NCBI GenBank assembly: GCA_964558665.1
Contig: CAZLFA010000011.1
Coordinates: 4,617 to 68,616 of the forward strand
Direction of reading: 5' to 3'
DNA from: an uncultured Syntrophaceae bacterium
GTDB lineage: Bacteria > Desulfobacterota > Syntrophia > Syntrophales > PHBD01
DNA: 64,000 nucleotides
Position 1 is the stretch's first letter, and each line of letters starts with the position of its first letter. The position numbers were made by a program, and so were the translations under genes. Below, piece by piece: positions 60,152 through 64,000 of the stretch. The notes beneath the pieces are model-generated. The model saw nothing but the letters and a program-made list of their open reading frames with translations. It ran no database searches and was not told the DNA's origin.

Positions 60152-61183
60152 TCAGCTATTTTTGCTCGGCAGATGACGCTTAACAAAGATTATTAAAGAT
60201 ACAAACGTGAATATTCCAAGAGGCAAAAGCCACCACATCACTGCAATCACGAACCCGCCATAGATGCTCATCCCTGATTTGGAACCCAGCATCAGCAAAT
60301 CACCCTGTGTCAATACTCTTGCATACGGATAAAGTGTATGCCAAACAAAAGCACCTATGCAAAGCGCTATACCGCATGATAACAATAGACATCTCTCCCC
60401 AATTTTTTCGTTAAGATAATCAGCTGCTATCTTTACTCTGGATTCAAAATCACACGAAAATATTATTGAAAGAAGCAGACCTCCTGACATCGCCACCAGA
60501 TTCATTACAGCAGCAATGAACTGAGTTGCCGGTACGGTCGTTCTCCGTCCTGTTTCTTTTACGAGGGGAACGATAGCCGACATTCCATCCGTAAATCCAC
60601 TGGCCAGTGAATTATCAAGAATATTATCCGGCGTGAAAACCCCAAGTAAAATCCCCAAAAGTAAATAACTAATTAAAACTGCAAACCATGCTCTAATAAA
60701 ATATTTTCCCTGAGCAAATATGATGTCCCCTTCCCGACACAAGCCAAAATATCTTTTAGCAAAGATCGAAAAAGGTCTCCTGATCGGAACTTTCAATCCA
60801 TGGGTCAACACTCTTTGCGGAGCCTGTAACACCGTTAAAGCAAACTTCTCTTCGCTTGAAAATAACGTAAAGCTTACCTCCCTCTCATTTTCAATTTTCA
60901 GATCACCAAAAATGCCCATCGTAAACATGCTGAAGATTTCTGCCCTGTCCAATACATTAAAGGATTGATCAAGAAGATAAATGGAAAGCGTTTCTTCAAA
61001 TGGGCAATCATGAGTAAGAAACAGAAGATAGTGATGACCACATACAAATTGCGCCTCTAAAATTAGTCCTTTCAAAACAACACCAGTATCAAATCCCTTA
61101 TGAAATAACCTTGAAGACCAATTTTCTTCAGGATGTTTTATTTGCCTGAATTTCTGTATACTGAATTCCTCAATCACATACAT
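60152..61183 (-). CDS. Unknown protein: ~165-aa soluble N-terminal domain + C-terminal multi-TM region (candidate immunity/partner of the upstream glycine-zipper protein)
   Basis: The start is set at ATG 61183 (MYVIEEFSIQK..), with AGGAG 10 nt upstream and 14 nt after the upstream stop. The C-terminal half has about 5 hydrophobic helices (FIRAWFAVLISYLLLGILLGVF; FIAAVMNLVAMSGGLLLSIIF; CLLLSCGIALCIGAFVW; IYGGFVIAVMWWLLPLGIFTFVSLIIF). Confidence 0.55.
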   Translation of the reverse strand: MYVIEEFSIQKFRQIKHPEENWSSRLFHKGFDTGVVLKGLILEAQFVCGHHYLLFLTHDCPFEETLSIYLLDQSFNVLDRAEIFSMFTMGIFGDLKIENEREVSFTLFSSEEKFALTVLQAPQRVLTHGLKVPIRRPFSIFAKRYFGLCREGDIIFAQGKYFIRAWFAVLISYLLLGILLGVFTPDNILDNSLASGFTDGMSAIVPLVKETGRRTTVPATQFIAAVMNLVAMSGGLLLSIIFSCDFESRVKIAADYLNEKIGERCLLLSCGIALCIGAFVWHTLYPYARVLTQGDLLMLGSKSGMSIYGGFVIAVMWWLLPLGIFTFVSLIIFVKRHLPSKNS

Positions 61184-61197
61184 CGTCGTCAACTCCT

Positions 61198-61902
61198 TTA
61201 AAGCATCCAGTGAAACCAGGCCTTGGCCCCCGATGCGCCCAAGGCTCCGCCGATAAAGACTCCTATGGTTACGCAAATGGGTGATGCCGGCCCGCATGCC
61301 ATGCCAGCAGCCGCCCCTCCGGCTATACCGCCAAGCAAGCCGCCCCCCAACTCTGCGCCTTCTTCCGCCACTGCCGTTAATTTGTCCTCTGCCGTGGCAA
61401 CATTGTAAACAATGACACCAACAGTGACAAACATTATCGCGCGGCCCAATGAAGATAATCTGCGTGCTAAAATTGTAGTCTCAAGCCTATCCCGCCCGGC
61501 ACTTTCGATTATTTCCAGATAAACCTTATTTTGCTCAGGGATGTTTAATTCACTAAAAGATTTGTTAAATTTTTTCATAGCGTATTTTCCTGTAAGCTCG
61601 GACATTGATTTACCGGCATATTTTTCTTTCTGAGAATACGCCAGTCCCAGTTCGCTTAAACTCTTTCGCTGGACTTTCATCAATTCGTTTCTGATCATAT
61701 TGACCTGTTGTGCAGCCTTCTCGATCGACAGTGAGCCATTTTGAACCTTCCACTTATATTCATCAGACAGCGCTTTGATATTTCTCATGTACTTACGCCT
61801 TACCTGCGGGTCATTGATAAACCTTGTGGAAAAACTCAAAGCCTCAATCTCCAACTTTCTCAACAAATCTTCGATCTCCCTGTCTTTTTGAGACATCATC
61901 AA
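61198..61902 (-). CDS. Unknown helical protein ending in a TM helix + glycine-zipper hydrophobic hairpin (possible pore-forming/colicin-like membrane-insertion domain)
   Basis: No signal peptide and a ~160-aa Lys/Glu-rich helical region. The C-terminus reads GRAIMFVTVGVIVYNVATAEDKLTAVAEEGAELGGGLLGGIAGGAAAGMACGPASPICVTIGVFIGGALGASGAKAW (GxxxG repeats). Confidence 0.5.
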   Translation of the reverse strand: MMMSQKDREIEDLLRKLEIEALSFSTRFINDPQVRRKYMRNIKALSDEYKWKVQNGSLSIEKAAQQVNMIRNELMKVQRKSLSELGLAYSQKEKYAGKSMSELTGKYAMKKFNKSFSELNIPEQNKVYLEIIESAGRDRLETTILARRLSSLGRAIMFVTVGVIVYNVATAEDKLTAVAEEGAELGGGLLGGIAGGAAAGMACGPASPICVTIGVFIGGALGASGAKAWFHWML

Positions 61903-62151
61903 ATCCTCCTTTTTTCAAATCAATAGAAAGCACTAAATTCTTTCGACTACTCGCTTCGGGACGCGGACACAGCAAAAAAACATTCAGAAATCCTGCGATA
62001 ACTTACTGTGTGAATATCCGGTGATTTGAACGGAGAAGATTTGATGGTAGAAATAAGTAAGGATGATTTTATTTAGCCTGGGACGTACATCAGGTCAACC
62101 CTCAAAAAACACCTGAAAAATACCCTGATTATTTAAGGGTTGAAAACCTGA

Positions 62152-62535
62152 TCGGGAATCCCGGTAAAAACACAAAGGGTTCTCAGGCGGAAAGATGCTG
62201 AGAACCTGCTTCACCATTCAGAAAGCGGCAGCCAGTATTGTTCCCAGGATTACGGCTTATTGCTCAGCAGCTATGGCGTCAAGATATCCATGAGTCGGAA
62301 AGGAAACTGCTATGATAATGCACCTATGGAAAGCTTCTGGGGAAAACTGAAAAGTGAAATGATTCATCACTGTCGATTTGCAACAAGGAAGCAGGCTATA
62401 CAGGCAATAACTGAATACATAGAGATTTTCTATAATCGTCAACGACGGCTGGCCAGGCTCAACTATCTTTCACCTGCTACTTTTGAACAGGTGTATTATG
62501 AAAAGCTTCAACAAGAAAAATTACTCGCAGCATGA
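62152..62535 (+). mobile_element. IS3-family transposase remnant (3' end of the integrase-core ORF only; 5' part missing)
   Basis: In-frame translation ..LLHHSESGSQYCSQDYGLLLSSYGVKISMSRKGNCYDNAPMESFWGKLKSEMIHH..EYIEIFYNRQRRLARLNYLSPATFE matches the conserved C-terminal rve region of IS3 OrfB. A stop lies at 62149..62151, and there is no upstream OrfA or N-terminal part. Confidence 0.85.
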
Positions 62536-62701
62536 AAGATTTGGTGTCCACTATTGACAACCGGGGACAGGCATTAATGGCGGAGAATTGACATGATCGA
62601 GAGGAAGCTATACGTACCCGTTCTCACCGAAGAAGTTATTTTTAGAATGTGCGTGCTTCTGACCGTCTTTTCGGCTTGTAATCTCGATCATTTCTAAAGC
62701 T

Positions 62702-63106
62702 TTAGTCAGCGAACAGAGATTCAAAATTGCGTGGATTAACGATAATTATGTTCTTATACTTTTTCAGAACAAGCAGATCTTCGTCGCCAGTAACGATATA
62801 ATCAGCAGTCGCATCGACAGCGCAGGCAATAATCTTATCATCAGTTTTATCCCTGCAAATGCTTGGAATGCTACTAAGCTCACTTCGTATTTCAGATGCC
62901 GCTTCCGAAACGATTTCTATGATTTCAGCAACCTCAACAAGTGAAAGTTTGAACTTTTTTGTAAGGACACCTTTAAATTCCCCAATTATATCATCACAAA
63001 GAATAAGACTGAAAACATGCTTACGGGCTTTTGACAGAAGTCCGGAACAAACCCCTTCTGTCAAAAAAGCAGCAATAAGAATATTTGTATCAAATACCGC
63101 TCTCAC
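62702..63106 (-). CDS. PIN-domain toxin (VapC-like, COG1569-type)
   Basis: MRAVFDTNILIAAF.. N-terminal acidic motif and C-terminal ..YIVTGDEDLL... There is a 4-nt overlap with the upstream antitoxin gene. Confidence 0.8.
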   Translation of the reverse strand: MRAVFDTNILIAAFLTEGVCSGLLSKARKHVFSLILCDDIIGEFKGVLTKKFKLSLVEVAEIIEIVSEAASEIRSELSSIPSICRDKTDDKIIACAVDATADYIVTGDEDLLVLKKYKNIIIVNPRNFESLFAD

Positions 63107-63321
63107 GACATTGCCTTAAAAACATCGTCATCCGTGACAAAGCCGGCTGCTTTCGCCTTGGGGATGAGACGTTTCTTCATACGGCGGAATCTTTTCTCCC
63201 ACAAAAACTCCCCCAGGGATTCTTTCACGATGTCACTTTTATTTCTCCCTGTTTCCTTAGCAAGGGAATCGAGTTCGGTGGCCATTTTCTCAGGCAGACT
63301 AACAGACAGCACACTTCTCAT
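63103..63321 (-). CDS. Ribbon-helix-helix (CopG-like) antitoxin
   Basis: 72 aa. The N-terminus SVSLPEKMATELDSLAKETGRNKSDIVKESL fits an RHH beta-strand plus two helices. It is translationally coupled to the PIN gene. Confidence 0.7.
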   Translation of the reverse strand: MRSVLSVSLPEKMATELDSLAKETGRNKSDIVKESLGEFLWEKRFRRMKKRLIPKAKAAGFVTDDDVFKAMS

Positions 63322-63545
63322 AACGCACCTCCTATACTACAATACACTACAGCAACAAAAGATTCAAGTTGAATAAGATCGATGATAACTATTCGTAATC
63401 TAACATGAATGGCAGATAGTTGACATGTTCGACTTCAGGAAGCTGTCCATTGCCGAAAACATTACTTGGTGCAGACATTTGTTCCGCTCGGCCAGGGGGC
63501 TGGAGATAGCCTTCTTACTGCTCATGTCTGTAACACTTTGCTTCT

Positions 63546-63947
63546 CTATTTGACCTTCAATTTAACACTGCCTCTGTCGCGTCCAGGTTCAACCCATCGT
63601 CCATCGAGAGAACCGCCTTCAATTATCATGGCATATTCACAGTTTAAATGAGCGCCGCCTTTTTTGATATAAGACACTTCCTTAAAAGTGAATGTATTCC
63701 CAATTAACCTTCCTTCAATACGATGAATAGAATTAAGGGATGGCCAGGAAACTTCTCCTGCAAAGCGTCCATTTGCATTGTCTATAGATACGATCTTAAC
63801 AACCATTGGGAATTTTTTATTACTTTTATCCAAAATAAAACCTTCAAGGACAGTACCTGTAGAAATGGTACTTTGGGCATATGCAAGAACAACCACAAGA
63901 AACATGCTTGTAAATACCAGCGATACACATTGACAAAATCTTCTCAT
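63546..63947 (-). CDS. Small secreted protein of unknown function
   Basis: Signal peptide MRRFCQCVSLVFTSMFLVVVLAYAQS. The mature ~108 aa appear beta-rich with no recognisable motif. Confidence 0.5.
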   Translation of the reverse strand: MRRFCQCVSLVFTSMFLVVVLAYAQSTISTGTVLEGFILDKSNKKFPMVVKIVSIDNANGRFAGEVSWPSLNSIHRIEGRLIGNTFTFKEVSYIKKGGAHLNCEYAMIIEGGSLDGRWVEPGRDRGSVKLKVK

Positions 63948-64000
63948 ACTTTACCTCCGCTTTCATTATTATTCATTATCTCAATATGACATAAACAAAC

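Noticed and set aside
62536-62701. 34-codon ORF (MIERKLYVPVLTEEVIFRMCVLLTVFSACNLDHF) between the IS3 remnant and the PIN gene
   Set aside because: It is too short, has no RBS and no motif. It probably lies within the IS3 end/flank sequence.

Overview
This 64 kb window is densely coding bacterial chromosome. Gene content suggests an anaerobic Desulfobacterota-like organism: 2-oxoacid:ferredoxin oxidoreductase, very PAS-rich signalling and apparent selenocysteine use. That taxonomic call is inference only. From left to right the window contains: (1) a ~26 kb signalling region with an HDOD-Ser/Thr kinase, an HDOD protein, a GAF-cyclase, two MCPs, a STAS plus PP2C/RsbW-type partner-switching pair, an RR-HD-GYP, a 1685-aa hybrid kinase and a multi-PAS HisKA_3 kinase with NarL-type and REC-only regulators; (2) housekeeping genes, namely an FAD protein, a NusG paralog, a 4-subunit 2-oxoacid:Fd oxidoreductase with an ACT protein, an ArfB-like factor, an orphan atpE and groES-groEL; (3) an LPS core/lipid A/Lpt cluster; (4) RlmI, then a transporter with a Tat-signal L-serine dehydratase; (5) a PhoR/PhoB-like pair, a B12-radical SAM enzyme, manC and a PilZ protein; (6) an A+T-richer accessory end with a glycine-zipper/multi-TM gene pair, an IS3 remnant and a PIN/RHH TA pair. 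The strongest new observations are an unannotated secreted MerP-like gene with an in-frame TGA in the CxxC site plus a SECIS-like hairpin, and a dispersed palindromic intergenic repeat family with at least 8 copies. I saw no rRNA, tRNA or CRISPR array.
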